Source: an uncultured Planctomycetales bacterium (GTDB lineage: Bacteria > Omnitrophota > Gorgyraeia > Zapsychrales > JANLHA01). Taken from it: a stretch of DNA of 29,271 nt. A program made the translations under genes and the position numbers. The stretch lies in contig CAZBHY010000003.1 of assembly GCA_964491705.1 (NCBI GenBank), positions 1 through 29,271 of the forward strand, read 5' to 3'. The notes below the pieces were generated by a model that was not told the DNA's origin, made no database searches, and was given only the letters and a program-made list of their open reading frames with translations. Positions within the stretch are counted from its first letter, which is position 1; every line of letters starts with the position of its first letter. Of the stretch, positions 1 through 10,260 are shown piece by piece.

Positions 1-541
1 GCCGATTCAGGCTGCCTAAAAAATGCTCCAAATTAGGATATCCCTTATGAACAATATCCTTCGTCAAATGGCCTGTTTTCCCCTCTAAGAAAACGCGCGG
101 ATGAACGCCAACATCTTCATACCGAAACCGGCTCTTCATAAACAGCCTCAATTTGCCTGCAGGATACCATCCGCCATAACGCACCCAACGGGAGCCAATA
201 AAATTTCGCAATGGAATTGAATAGGCCTGAAACTCACCACTGCCAATCGCCTGGGCGATCTCCGCCTTCAGTTCTTCGGTGACAATCTCATCGGCATCAA
301 GACTGAGCACCCATTCATGCGTCGCCTTTGCGTAGGCCCAATTGCGATGCGTTCCTTCCACATCCATCTTACGAAAAAACACTTTGTCCGTATACTTTTT
401 GGCCAATTCGACCGTGCGGTCACAGCTTTCATCATCTACCACAACAATCTCATCTGCCCAGCCATAGACGCTCCCCAGACACGCGTCAATATTCTCCTCT
501 TCATTCTTGGCGACAACAACAACGGACAATGGAATCGTCAT
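1..541 (-). CDS. Glycosyltransferase family 2 (WaaE/KdtX-like), runs off the left edge
   Basis: Absent from the ORF track; translated by hand from the ATG at 541: MTIPLSVVVVAKNEEENIDACLGSVYGWADEIVVVDDESCDRTVELAKKY...EWVLSLDADE...GGWYPAGKLRLF...VHP. It has the GT2 N-terminal motif and DxD (DAD). SD-like AAAGGA upstream; no stop before base 1. Confidence 0.9.
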   Translation of the reverse strand, partial: MTIPLSVVVVAKNEEENIDACLGSVYGWADEIVVVDDESCDRTVELAKKYTDKVFFRKMDVEGTHRNWAYAKATHEWVLSLDADEIVTEELKAEIAQAIGSGEFQAYSIPLRNFIGSRWVRYGGWYPAGKLRLFMKSRFRYEDVGVHPRVFLEGKTGHLTKDIVHKGYPNLEHFLGSLNR

Positions 542-634
542 AATAATCCTTTCAATAATAGAAGCCATACTCCTAAAATTTTCACATGCGCTCTGAGAAA
601 ACATATCGTCCCCGCAGCGCAGTCCGTTGTTAAT

Positions 635-1741
635 TTACTTAATGCTCTGACGCAAGGCCTCACACACATTCGCAATCTGTTCTCTGGTTATATGGGGAAA
701 CATTGGCAATGAAAGAATTTCCGCAGCAGCCTGTTCTGCCACCGGAAAATCCCCCAGATGATACCCTGCATCCTCAAGGGCCGGCTGTAAATGCAATGGA
801 ATCGGGTAATGAATGAGTGCGCCGATGCCTTTGTCCTGAAGGCACTTAAGAATTTTATCCCGATATGACGTACGGATCACAAATAAGTGGTACACATGCG
901 TCCGATCATGTTGAACTGTGGGCAGAATCACCTCGGAAACATCCGCAAGCTCCTCACGATACCAGTCCGCTGCTTGCTGACGCATGGCATTCCATGCATC
1001 AAGATGCTTCAACTTCGCCGACAAAACAACGGCCTGTAATGTATCCAGCCGCGAATTATACCCTTTCATCTTATGCTCATAGCGCCCAACGCGCCCGTAA
1101 TCTCTGAGCATCATGATCTTTTCATGAATCCCTGAATCGGCCGTGACCACCATCCCTGCATCGCCAAAGGCCCCAAGATTTTTTGTCGGATAAAAACTAA
1201 AACACGCCGCATGCCCCAAAGATCCAGTGCGACGGCCGTTATAAAACGCCCCATGCGCCTGAGCGGCATCTTCAATGACCTTAATATTCTGTTTTTTAGC
1301 AACAGCGTGAATGGCCTCCATATCCGCTGGCTGGCCATACAAATGAACAGGGATCACCGCCTTGGTCTTAGGCGTAATCGCCTGACCAAAGGCCTCTGGA
1401 TCAATGGTATATGTCTCTGGCTCAATATCCACAAAAACAACACGCGCCCCGATATGCGCAACACACAATGCCGTGGCAATAAAGGTATGCACCGGCAAAA
1501 TCACTTCATCGCCTGGCTGAACGCCAATTGCTGCCAATGCAAAATATAAAGCATCTGTCCCGGAATTCACCCCTGCGCCATAAGACACACCGCAATAATC
1601 CGCAAACGCCTGCTCAAAGGTCTGGGACTCCTCCCCCAAAATAAAGTTGCCTTTTTCTAAGACGCGGTCCATGCCCGCATGGACATCATCTCGAATCGCA
1701 TGATATTGCTGCTTCAAATCCACAAAAGGAACATTCATCAT
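635..1741 (-). CDS. DegT/DnrJ/EryC1/StrS family PLP-dependent sugar aminotransferase
   Basis: VPFVDLKQQY, NSGTDAL, IEDAAQAHGA and SFYPTKNLGAFGDAG (PLP lysine). Start moved from 1789 to ATGATG at 1741/1738, which follows the SD AAGGTGAG. Confidence 0.93.
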   Translation of the reverse strand: MMNVPFVDLKQQYHAIRDDVHAGMDRVLEKGNFILGEESQTFEQAFADYCGVSYGAGVNSGTDALYFALAAIGVQPGDEVILPVHTFIATALCVAHIGARVVFVDIEPETYTIDPEAFGQAITPKTKAVIPVHLYGQPADMEAIHAVAKKQNIKVIEDAAQAHGAFYNGRRTGSLGHAACFSFYPTKNLGAFGDAGMVVTADSGIHEKIMMLRDYGRVGRYEHKMKGYNSRLDTLQAVVLSAKLKHLDAWNAMRQQAADWYREELADVSEVILPTVQHDRTHVYHLFVIRTSYRDKILKCLQDKGIGALIHYPIPLHLQPALEDAGYHLGDFPVAEQAAAEILSLPMFPHITREQIANVCEALRQSIK

Positions 1742-1840
1742 CTCACCTTTCGTTAAAACGCCCTCAGCAAAAACACATTGCGCAAACAACCGTGCGCTGA
1801 CGCGTCATAACACATCATATCTGATTGTTACGCTGTTCCA

Positions 1841-2626
1841 TCAATGCCCAAGTTTAGGCATACGGAACAAATAAAAATATCCCGAAAGCTTGGCCCAAAA
1901 ACTCAATGGCTTCACGGTATCAGAATTCGTCACCTTGATGCGTCTGATGGCGTAAAAATCCTGTTGCTGCCGATCTGATCCGCGGTTGGTGGTCACTGCG
2001 GACAGATACCCCGCCTGCCGCAACACATCCTTGCTCTCTTCCCGAAATCCCCCCGATGGATAACAAAAATGATTGACCTGCCGGCCAAGATGCATTTCAA
2101 TTTCCTGTTTCGATAATAGCGCCTCCTCCAGCAATTGTTCTTGATTTAAATTAGGAACATATGCATGCGTCCGAGTATGAGAACCAAAATCAATCCCATG
2201 TGCAGACATTTCTCGGATCTGATCCCAATACAAATACGGGGGCTGGCCCACCAACTGCGAAATCAAAAAAATTGTCGCCGGCATCTCATATTTTTTCAAA
2301 ATCGGAAATGCCTCGGTATAATTATCTTCCCATCCATCATCAAATGTGATCACAACCGTATTACGCGTGAAATGCCGGCCCGACCGCTTCCCTTCAATAA
2401 ACGCGTCCAAGGAAATGACGGAATATCCCCGATCCCTCAAATACTTCATTTGTCGTTCAAAATTTTCTGGTGTCACAGACAGCGATCCGGCCTGACTGTC
2501 ATTGACATAATGGTACATCAAGATCGGCACAGTATGCCTTGGATAGATCCATGCGCTGCAAACGCCAATGGCAATCGCCACGCCAACAATAGTTTTTTTC
2601 ACCCAGCCCCGCCCCGTTTTTTTCAT
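1841..2626 (-). CDS. Polysaccharide deacetylase (NodB/CE4 family) with N-terminal membrane anchor
   Basis: VPILMYH, ITFDDGWED, GSHTRTH (HxxxH) and FCYPSG motifs; hydrophobic N-terminus; ATGA 4-nt overlap with the upstream gene. Confidence 0.92.
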   Translation of the reverse strand: MKKTGRGWVKKTIVGVAIAIGVCSAWIYPRHTVPILMYHYVNDSQAGSLSVTPENFERQMKYLRDRGYSVISLDAFIEGKRSGRHFTRNTVVITFDDGWEDNYTEAFPILKKYEMPATIFLISQLVGQPPYLYWDQIREMSAHGIDFGSHTRTHAYVPNLNQEQLLEEALLSKQEIEMHLGRQVNHFCYPSGGFREESKDVLRQAGYLSAVTTNRGSDRQQQDFYAIRRIKVTNSDTVKPLSFWAKLSGYFYLFRMPKLGH

Positions 2627-3351
2627 TTCTTCAACCTATCATTATCCGTTTTAAAAACCTGTTGTGCCTGCGCAAAGCGCTCGGGCGTTCCAATATCCAA
2701 AAAACTGCCACGATCTACAAAACCATAAACAGGATGATCTAGAATATTGGGAAAATAATCTGTCTCAATAGAAAACTTGTCCTGATTCGGCATCAAATCA
2801 AAGGCGGCATGCTCAAAACAATAGACTCCAACGCTAACATGCCCCGTTGTCTGCTGAGTTTCTTTTTCCCGAAACGCACTGATCCGGCCATCTGGCATCA
2901 ATGCAATCGTTCCATAGTCCTGAGCATCATTGCACGAAGCAACGGCCAATGTTACGGTTGCCTGTTTGCCGTCATGAAACGCAAGCATCTCCGTCAAAGA
3001 CACATGAGAAAAACAATCCCCATTCATAATGATCCACTTCTTCCCCTTGGCCTTATTCCGTGCATACTTAATCGCGCCGCCGGTCCCCAACGGCTGAGGT
3101 TCAATGGACAATTCAACATCCATGTCATAATGATGCTGCTTGGCCATGTCCGCGATTTGATCCGCGCCAAATCCGGCTGCCAAAACAACATGCCGAATAC
3201 CGGCGTGTGACAATTTTTCCAATTGCAAAAATAAAAACGGTCGTCCAGCAACTGACGCGGCAACTTTCTGCTGTTCACCAATCGTCGAACGTAAACGAGT
3301 GCCCATACCGCCACATAATAATAAGACATCGACCTCATGAATACGTGTCAT
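2623..3351 (-). CDS. Sugar-phosphate nucleotidyltransferase (HddC / mannose-1-P guanylyltransferase-like)
   Basis: LLCGGMGTRLRS, EPQPLGTGGAI, MNGDCF, GVYCF and FLDIGTPE motifs. Start moved from 3393 to the ATG at 3351 after SD AAAAGGA. Confidence 0.88.
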   Translation of the reverse strand: MTRIHEVDVLLLCGGMGTRLRSTIGEQQKVAASVAGRPFLFLQLEKLSHAGIRHVVLAAGFGADQIADMAKQHHYDMDVELSIEPQPLGTGGAIKYARNKAKGKKWIIMNGDCFSHVSLTEMLAFHDGKQATVTLAVASCNDAQDYGTIALMPDGRISAFREKETQQTTGHVSVGVYCFEHAAFDLMPNQDKFSIETDYFPNILDHPVYGFVDRGSFLDIGTPERFAQAQQVFKTDNDRLKK

Positions 3352-3460
3352 AACAATCGTCCTTTTCCACACATCTTTCCCCAACTCACCCAACTGAACA
3401 TTTTTTTAAATTGATCCACCGGCGGGACCTTCTCATCATCGCTGCCTGCCCGGAAAATTC

Positions 3461-4411
3461 TCAGAGGCGCCCTTTCTGCTGAAACCAATCAATCGTCTCA
3501 CGGATCCCCTGCTCCAAAGAAACCTGTGGTTCCCAACCCAAAACCTTACGCGCAACAGAAATATCAGGCTGCCGCTTTTTCGGATCATCCATGGGCAGCG
3601 GCTGATAAATGATTTTGCTTTTTGACCCGGAAATCTTTAAGACCTGTTTGGCAAACTGATGAATGGTAAATTCGTTGGGATTGCCGATATTGACAGGCTG
3701 AGTATAACGCGACATCAATAGCTTATAAATGCCTTCAATCAAATCGTAATAATAACAGAAGGAACGCGTCTGCTGCCCGCGGCCATAAATGGTCAACGGT
3801 TTGCCCTTGAGTGCTTGATAGATAAAATTCGGAACCACCCGCCCATCGTTCACGCGCATCCGGGGGCCGTATGTATTAAAAATACGGACAATGCGCGTAT
3901 CCACCTGATGATACCGATGATACGCCAATGTGATCGCTTCCGCGAAACGTTTGGCTTCATCATAAACACCCCGAGGACCAACGGGATTGACATGCCCCCA
4001 ATAGGTCTCTTTCTGCGGATGCTCCAACGGATCGCCATAAACCTCAGACGTCGATGCCATTAAAAACCGGGCCTTCTTTGCCTTAGCCAAACCCAGCGTA
4101 TTATGTGATCCTAAGGACCCGACTTTCAACGTTTGAATAGGAAACTTCAAATAATCTACCGGACTGGCCGGAGATGCAAAATGAAGGACATAATGAACCG
4201 GGTCAGAGATGCGAATCTCTTTGGTCACATCATGACGGATGAATTCAAACGCCCGATTCGTTTTATGATGCGCAATATTCTCCAAATTCCCAGTAATTAA
4301 ATTGTCCAGGCAAAAAACCTTATACCCTTCTGATAAAAAAAGATCGCATAAATGGCTTCCAAGAAACCCCGCTCCTCCCGTCACCACAACCGTCTTCTGA
4401 CCTTTCGGCAT
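3461..4411 (-). CDS. uxs: UDP-glucuronate decarboxylase (UDP-xylose synthase), extended SDR family
   Basis: [38 protein letters not shown] (YxxxK), [17 protein letters not shown] and [11 protein letters not shown] are the typical UXS motif set. SD GGAAGGGA. Confidence 0.9.
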   Translation of the reverse strand: MPKGQKTVVVTGGAGFLGSHLCDLFLSEGYKVFCLDNLITGNLENIAHHKTNRAFEFIRHDVTKEIRISDPVHYVLHFASPASPVDYLKFPIQTLKVGSLGSHNTLGLAKAKKARFLMASTSEVYGDPLEHPQKETYWGHVNPVGPRGVYDEAKRFAEAITLAYHRYHQVDTRIVRIFNTYGPRMRVNDGRVVPNFIYQALKGKPLTIYGRGQQTRSFCYYYDLIEGIYKLLMSRYTQPVNIGNPNEFTIHQFAKQVLKISGSKSKIIYQPLPMDDPKKRQPDISVARKVLGWEPQVSLEQGIRETIDWFQQKGRL

Positions 4412-4456
4412 TGTTTTCCCTTCCGTGAATGTCCGTTGTCCATCAAGAATGATGAT

Positions 4457-5770
4457 CTACAAACGATGGATTTTTTTATTCGTCACACCCGAATACACAT
4501 TGCGCGTGTCGAAAACCATCTTCGCATGCTGAGCCAATGCGTCATAGTCCACCTGGGTATGATCCGTTGCAATAATCACGCAATCATACCGTCGAATATT
4601 CTGCGCGCTAAAATCAATCGATACTTTTTTATGAATATCAAAAATGTCCAGATACGGTGTGATCGGGTCGAAATAATCAACATCCTTGACGCAATCCTGA
4701 AGCAGCGACATCAGCCGCAGCGCAGGCGATTTGCGCAAATCTTTAACATCTTTTTTATACGTCACCCCTACCACCAAAATCTTGGCCTGCGCCAATGTCT
4801 TCCGTTGTTTTTTTAAAATCACCCCAATCCGTTCCACCACATAGGTCGGCATCTGCAAATTAATATCCGCTGAGAGTTTCAGATATTTGGAATGAAATCC
4901 GCCGCGCTTGGCCTTCCAATACAGATATAAGGGATCATCTGGAATGCAATGGCCGCCGACACCCAATCCGGGATAAAATGGCATAAAACCAAACGGCTTG
5001 GTCTTCGCGGCCCCAAGCACCTCCCAAACATCAATGCCCAACGAGTGACACATCATCGCCGCCTCATTGATCCAACCGATATTGACGATGCGAAAAGAAT
5101 TTTCCAATAATTTCGTCATCTCAGCAACTTCCGGTGACGACACGATATGAACATCCTGAATAATCGTCCGATAAAGCATCGCTGTCAGTTGTGTGCACGC
5201 CGGCGTCAATCCTCCGACGACTTTCGGGATGCGCGTTACGTCATATTTTTTATTTCCTGGATCAATACGTTCCGGCGAAAAGGCAAGAAAAAAATCCTTG
5301 CCAGCCCGTAAACCAGAACGTTCCAGTTCTGGGCGGATCAGATCCCGTGTTGTTCCAGGATAGGTCGTGCTCTCCATGACCACCAGCGTTCCCGCTGATA
5401 TATGCCGCCTCAGTTCTTTCACGGCGGATGTGATGTAAGAAACATCCGGGGTATATTTTCGCTTTAAGGGAGTGGGGACACAGATAATCACCGCATCGGC
5501 CTGTTTCAAAACAGAAAAATCTGTTCCAGCGATCAACCGGCCAGACGTGACAACGTCAGCAATCTGCCGCGAAGAAATATCCGCGATATAACTCTCCTTG
5601 GCCAGCACACGATTGACGCGATCCACATCTTTATCCAAACCAAACACCTGAAATCCTGCCCGGGCGAAATGCACCGCCAACGGCAACCCGACGTATCCCA
5701 GTCCCAAGACCGCAACGCAGGCCTTTTTCTTTTTGATCTTTCCCTCTAACGCTGTCTTCCTATTCTCCAT
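4457..5770 (-). CDS. Nucleotide-sugar dehydrogenase (WbpA/TviB-type UDP-GlcNAc 6-dehydrogenase family)
   Basis: GLGYVGLP, ICVPTPL, ESTTYPGTT, SPERIDPGN, KLLENSFRIVNI, GGHCIP (catalytic Cys) and GVTYKKDVKDLRKSP. Start moved from 5806 to 5770 (MENRK), just after the ugd stop. Confidence 0.9.
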   Translation of the reverse strand: MENRKTALEGKIKKKKACVAVLGLGYVGLPLAVHFARAGFQVFGLDKDVDRVNRVLAKESYIADISSRQIADVVTSGRLIAGTDFSVLKQADAVIICVPTPLKRKYTPDVSYITSAVKELRRHISAGTLVVMESTTYPGTTRDLIRPELERSGLRAGKDFFLAFSPERIDPGNKKYDVTRIPKVVGGLTPACTQLTAMLYRTIIQDVHIVSSPEVAEMTKLLENSFRIVNIGWINEAAMMCHSLGIDVWEVLGAAKTKPFGFMPFYPGLGVGGHCIPDDPLYLYWKAKRGGFHSKYLKLSADINLQMPTYVVERIGVILKKQRKTLAQAKILVVGVTYKKDVKDLRKSPALRLMSLLQDCVKDVDYFDPITPYLDIFDIHKKVSIDFSAQNIRRYDCVIIATDHTQVDYDALAQHAKMVFDTRNVYSGVTNKKIHRL

Positions 5771-5777
5771 CTTAACC

Positions 5778-7094
5778 CTATCCCCGGCCGATGCCGTAAT
5801 ATTCAAACCCTATTTTTTTCAAATCCTTTGATGCATAAAAATTTCTGCCATCGAACAGAATCGTCTGGCGCATTCCCTTGGCTAAACGCTTAAAATCAAG
5901 GTTCTTAAACTCATCCCACTCTGTCAACAGCACCAGACAATCACATCCTTTGGCCATCGTGTACACGTCATGACACAAGGTCACATTCTTTTTAAAAATC
6001 CCTCTGGCGTTGTCCATTGCCTGAGGATCATACGCCCGCACCTGCGCGCCTTCGGCGATCAAACTGTGAATAATATCGATCGACGGCGCGCTGCGCATAT
6101 CATCGGTATCCGACTTGAATGCCAATCCCAAAATACCAATCGTCTTGCCTTTGAGGATCCAAAGTTTATCTTCCATCAGGTGTAAAAACGCCTTTTTCTG
6201 CTGTTCATTGACAGCGCGTACCTCTTTCAATAAGGAAAAATCATAGCCATTTTTTTCACTCAGGCGAATGAAGGCATCCACATCTTTGGGAAAACAACTG
6301 CCGCCATACCCGACACCGGCATTCAAAAAGGCCCGCCCGATACGCTTGTCATATCCCATGCCTTCCACGACTTTCAAGACATCCGCGCCAACCCGGTCAC
6401 AGATCTGCGCCAGGGCATTCGCGAAAGAAATTTTTGTCGCCAAAAAAGAATTCGACGCATGCTTGATGATCTCTGCAGAATTAATATTGGTTATCACCAT
6501 CTTGGCCTTGAGCGGCTGATAAATTTTTTTCAGAATATCTTCCGCGCGTTGTGATTCCACGCCGATCACAATACGGTCCGGATGCATAAAATCATTGATT
6601 GCAGATCCCTCGCGTAGAAATTCAGGATTTGACGCAACGTCAAATTCAATGGCCTGTTTGCCCGCACGATGCCTTTTCGGCAAATTCAATGCGATCGTGC
6701 GTTGAACGCGCTTACCAGTATCTGCAGGCACCGTCGACTTCTCGACAATCAATTTATAAGAATCCATATGTTGCGCGATCGTCCGCGCGACATTTTCTAC
6801 ATAGGTCAAATCCGCTTCACCGTTCTTTTTTGACGGCGTTCCCACCGCGATGAAGATCACCTCAGCCTTTTTCACTGCTAACGGCAGAGACGATGAAAAA
6901 GATAGCCGTTTCTTCTTCATCAGCCGGGCCATCATCTGTTCAAGACCAGGCTCATAGATCGGAGAAATCCCCTGTTTCAAGGTCCGGATTTTTTCTGCAT
7001 TGCTATCAACGCACGTCACACAATGACCGATCTCGGCCAGGCAGACACCGCTGACCAGCCCCACATATCCTGCTCCAACAATGGCAATGTTCAT
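5778..7094 (-). CDS. ugd: UDP-glucose 6-dehydrogenase
   Basis: GAGYVGL, IAVGTP, EKSTVP, SNPEFLREGSA, KHASNSFLATKISF, GYGGSCFPKD (catalytic Cys) and GLAFKSDTDDMR. SD GAGGGG. Confidence 0.95.
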   Translation of the reverse strand: MNIAIVGAGYVGLVSGVCLAEIGHCVTCVDSNAEKIRTLKQGISPIYEPGLEQMMARLMKKKRLSFSSSLPLAVKKAEVIFIAVGTPSKKNGEADLTYVENVARTIAQHMDSYKLIVEKSTVPADTGKRVQRTIALNLPKRHRAGKQAIEFDVASNPEFLREGSAINDFMHPDRIVIGVESQRAEDILKKIYQPLKAKMVITNINSAEIIKHASNSFLATKISFANALAQICDRVGADVLKVVEGMGYDKRIGRAFLNAGVGYGGSCFPKDVDAFIRLSEKNGYDFSLLKEVRAVNEQQKKAFLHLMEDKLWILKGKTIGILGLAFKSDTDDMRSAPSIDIIHSLIAEGAQVRAYDPQAMDNARGIFKKNVTLCHDVYTMAKGCDCLVLLTEWDEFKNLDFKRLAKGMRQTILFDGRNFYASKDLKKIGFEYYGIGRG

Positions 7095-7128
7095 ACTGTC
7101 CCCTCTGAAAAATCACACATACATCATC

Positions 7129-7150
7129 ATGCGCTGCCGCGGCAGTGCGT
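7129..7150. repeat. GC-rich inverted repeat immediately after the lptD stop
   Basis: ATGCGCTGC-CGCG-GCAGTGCGT; all 9 pairs form (two G.U) when read on the + strand. Confidence 0.45.
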
Positions 7151-9253
7151 TTATTCCTGGGCGCCGGGCCTTTGAGAACCGCCGCCAAACGTACGGCCGC
7201 CCTGCAGCCCCACGTCATCAAACCCTTTCAAACTGAAAACCACCAATATTTCGGTGCCCTCGCCCTTTTCATTCTTGGTTAAAATATCCATATTCCAACT
7301 ATGCAAATCCCGCCGGATCGCGATCTCGCGTTCTTTGCTCTTACCGCTCTCAAAATCAAATCTCTGATTCAACCGCACCGACCACTTTGGATTCAACTTC
7401 CATCCCAGCTCCGTTTCAAACTGATGATCTACCTGATAATGATACCGGTCTCCCAATCGGATATACCAAATGTCCTTTGCATCATTGATATACCAATCCG
7501 CATTGACCGTTTCCAGCTGTTGCTCCTGAGGATCATAGCGCAGATCAAAATAAAAGCCTGTCCAGCGATACGGCTTCAGTTCCAAAGTCACATCAACATT
7601 ATTAAAACTGCTGGGCAGCGCTGTGTCCTCCTGAAAGGCAAAATCAGTCGATACAATCGTCCGAACCAGATCCACGCTGACGCCATCGCGTTTTGTCTGA
7701 AGCTTATTCTCCAAGGAGAGTATGGCCTGATGCGCACGCGCCAAGGCATCAACGCTGTCAAACTGCTCCAAAGAATCCGGCTGCCGTGTCGGATGATGCT
7801 GATATTCATATTTGACCGACGGTGTCACCACGTGCCGCAGATCATGAATATCCAAACTCAATGCATCGGTTGAGACATCATACACACGATAAAATTTTGT
7901 GCTCATATCCAGACCGGTCCGGAACACGCCCCGCATGGCATCACGCTCATCGCCGTCTTTGTTTCGGCTATAATATGTCTGCCGGGTTCCAACAAACGGC
8001 CGGACCTCAACAAACGAAACCTTCGCAGGATAAGACACTTCATTGTCCACATGGATACGATTTGCCTCGCTGTACGTCCCCGGACTAGCTGGCTTTTTGA
8101 CCAAACTGGACAACGTCGTTGAGTTCTTCATGTAGAATCCGCTGTCAAACAATTCCGTACTGGGCAGTGAATATCCCAGTTCCGGCAGCCGATCAACCGT
8201 TGATGTAAAACGATTGACCCGATAATCCGTGCGTGCCGTGAGCGTTCCTCGTGGCAGGCTGTGTGTCGCGACCACATAGCTGGGAGGCGTCTGATCACGC
8301 TCATATTCGCGCTCAAAATAATCTTTCAAAATTTCCGCATCACTGATTTTATAATATTGCGACATCACCATCGTCGATTCATCCACCTGCCAACGATGAC
8401 GCCACTCCGCCTTATAACGTTCCTGTTCAACCGTGGGAACGGCTCTATCATCCCAAATACGACTTGGTCCAATCGACCGTTCATTCATATAATATGTCCG
8501 CATCACACCACGCCCAACCGAAGGTGTTTTATATTCGCTGTCAATTCCCCAAGCAAAATCCTTGCGTTCCCGATAATCCGTATGAACAAAAATTTTCATA
8601 TTCTCATCTTTATCAAAACGCCAGCGGGACAATAAAAACCCTCCCCAATCACTGCTGTATCCGGGAGTAAGGCGTACGATCGAGCTACGATCAGTCAGAT
8701 CCTCCGTATACTTCGGCCAAAAAAATACCGGCACCTTGCCGACTTTAAAAATCACATTGCGCGCCACCGCTTTGTCGCCGGGATAAACATCAATACGCTC
8801 AGCGGTTATCCGGGACTGAGGCTCATCAAAATCACATGTCGAGATGTATCCACGGTCAATACGGAAATGATTCTCTCCAATTTTTTCTACAGATTCTCCC
8901 GCGCCATAAAACGGGGCTGCGGTAAAAAGCGGCCGCTCAAAATCGCCTTGCATGGTCTTAAAATTAAATACCAAAGACTCTCCCTGCACCTGCTCACTGC
9001 CACGACGCAGTACCACATTCCCCACCGCATGAGCAATCTCCGTGTCACGATCAAATTCCACCCGATCGCATGTCAATACAGCATCCTCTTTGCGAATGGA
9101 GACATTTCCTGTTGCAACGACCGTCTTCTTGCGAATATCAAACTCGACCTGATCGCCACTGATCTCCGCTGGGGAAACTTCTGTCTGAGCCAATACCGGA
9201 TTGACCGCCAACAGGGCAACACAGACCATCGCATAAATCATATTTTTTTTCAT
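7151..9253 (-). CDS. lptD: LPS-assembly protein LptD (signal peptide, OstA-like beta-jellyroll, beta-barrel)
   Basis: Signal peptide ending VLA-Q; N-terminal OstA-like segment (ISGDQVEFD...VVATGNVSI...LTCDRVEFD; GYISTCD...RITAERIDVYPG); long aromatic-rich amphipathic beta strands ending RDLHSW. Start moved from 9271 to 9253. Confidence 0.85.
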   Translation of the reverse strand: MKKNMIYAMVCVALLAVNPVLAQTEVSPAEISGDQVEFDIRKKTVVATGNVSIRKEDAVLTCDRVEFDRDTEIAHAVGNVVLRRGSEQVQGESLVFNFKTMQGDFERPLFTAAPFYGAGESVEKIGENHFRIDRGYISTCDFDEPQSRITAERIDVYPGDKAVARNVIFKVGKVPVFFWPKYTEDLTDRSSIVRLTPGYSSDWGGFLLSRWRFDKDENMKIFVHTDYRERKDFAWGIDSEYKTPSVGRGVMRTYYMNERSIGPSRIWDDRAVPTVEQERYKAEWRHRWQVDESTMVMSQYYKISDAEILKDYFEREYERDQTPPSYVVATHSLPRGTLTARTDYRVNRFTSTVDRLPELGYSLPSTELFDSGFYMKNSTTLSSLVKKPASPGTYSEANRIHVDNEVSYPAKVSFVEVRPFVGTRQTYYSRNKDGDERDAMRGVFRTGLDMSTKFYRVYDVSTDALSLDIHDLRHVVTPSVKYEYQHHPTRQPDSLEQFDSVDALARAHQAILSLENKLQTKRDGVSVDLVRTIVSTDFAFQEDTALPSSFNNVDVTLELKPYRWTGFYFDLRYDPQEQQLETVNADWYINDAKDIWYIRLGDRYHYQVDHQFETELGWKLNPKWSVRLNQRFDFESGKSKEREIAIRRDLHSWNMDILTKNEKGEGTEILVVFSLKGFDDVGLQGGRTFGGGSQRPGAQE

Positions 9254-9292
9254 CACCACATCCCATCGCACACGACCATAAGACGCTGCGTC

Positions 9293-10225
9293 CTATGTCG
9301 TCAACCCCATATCCACCAGAACCCCAGCCCCAATCAGTCCGGCGTCATCTCCCAACGCTGCGCGCACAACCTTGGCCATTTTCGCTTGAACCGGCATGGC
9401 CCGTTGTCTAATTTGCCGGCGGATCGCTGGAAACAAGAATCGCGCATTGTTTGATACCCCTCCGCCGATAATAATCCGCTGAGGATTCAAAACATTGACA
9501 ATCCCAACCAGGGCGCTGCCGATATAATCCCCCGTCTCATCCCAAAAGCGCACCGCCCGTTGATCTCCGGCCTGCGCCAACGCAAAAACTTCTTCTAACG
9601 ATATATTTTTTCGACGAAACACCTTCGCGGCTTTCTCCTGCAAACGCGCATTGCCGACATAGGACTCCAAACACGCAAAAGACGGACAATTACATTTCGG
9701 CCCTTGCAGATTAATCGGCACATGCCCAAGCTCTCCGGCTGCAAAACCCGGCCCCCGATATAACGCTCCATTCAAAATCAACCCAGCGCCTACACCTGTT
9801 CCCAGCGTCATGCCGATCATATGATCCGCACCGATCCCTGCGCCAAAACGCCATTCAGCCAACGTAATCACATTGACATCATTATCCAAAAAAACCGGAA
9901 TGCCCAATAACGCCTCAAGCTTCTTGCGTAAAAAAATGTTTTTCCAGCCTGGAACATTCGGAAGAAAAATCACCACCCCGCCGCATGGATCCACCAACCC
10001 CGGCAGACCGATTCCGATGCCTTTGATCGCATGAGCACCTTTTGTATTTTTTTGAATTAAAAGAGCTGCCGCATCAGCGAGCGCTTGAATTAATTGTGTT
10101 GGATGAGAAACAAAGGCCTTTGTGACTAAACGGCTTCGCGCAATAATGCGCCCAGCATGATCAATGATCCCTAACTTAATATTAGTTCCGCCGATATCAA
10201 TGCCCAGCGCTATTTTTTTATTCAT
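9293..10225 (-). CDS. ROK family sugar kinase (glucokinase-like, no HTH)
   Basis: GIDIGGTNIK, LDNDVNVITLAE, TLGTGVGAG, GELGH...CNCPSFACLE (Zn ligands), IIIGGGVS and LGDDAGLIGA. Confidence 0.93.
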   Translation of the reverse strand: MNKKIALGIDIGGTNIKLGIIDHAGRIIARSRLVTKAFVSHPTQLIQALADAAALLIQKNTKGAHAIKGIGIGLPGLVDPCGGVVIFLPNVPGWKNIFLRKKLEALLGIPVFLDNDVNVITLAEWRFGAGIGADHMIGMTLGTGVGAGLILNGALYRGPGFAAGELGHVPINLQGPKCNCPSFACLESYVGNARLQEKAAKVFRRKNISLEEVFALAQAGDQRAVRFWDETGDYIGSALVGIVNVLNPQRIIIGGGVSNNARFLFPAIRRQIRQRAMPVQAKMAKVVRAALGDDAGLIGAGVLVDMGLTT

Positions 10226-10260
10226 AAATGATATAAATATTAGTATTAAAAGATGCGTTC

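Noticed and set aside
1798-1807. Perfect 10-bp palindrome TGACGCGTCA upstream of the DegT gene
   Set aside because: A 5-bp arm occurs about once per kb by chance, and there is no second copy or nearby promoter.
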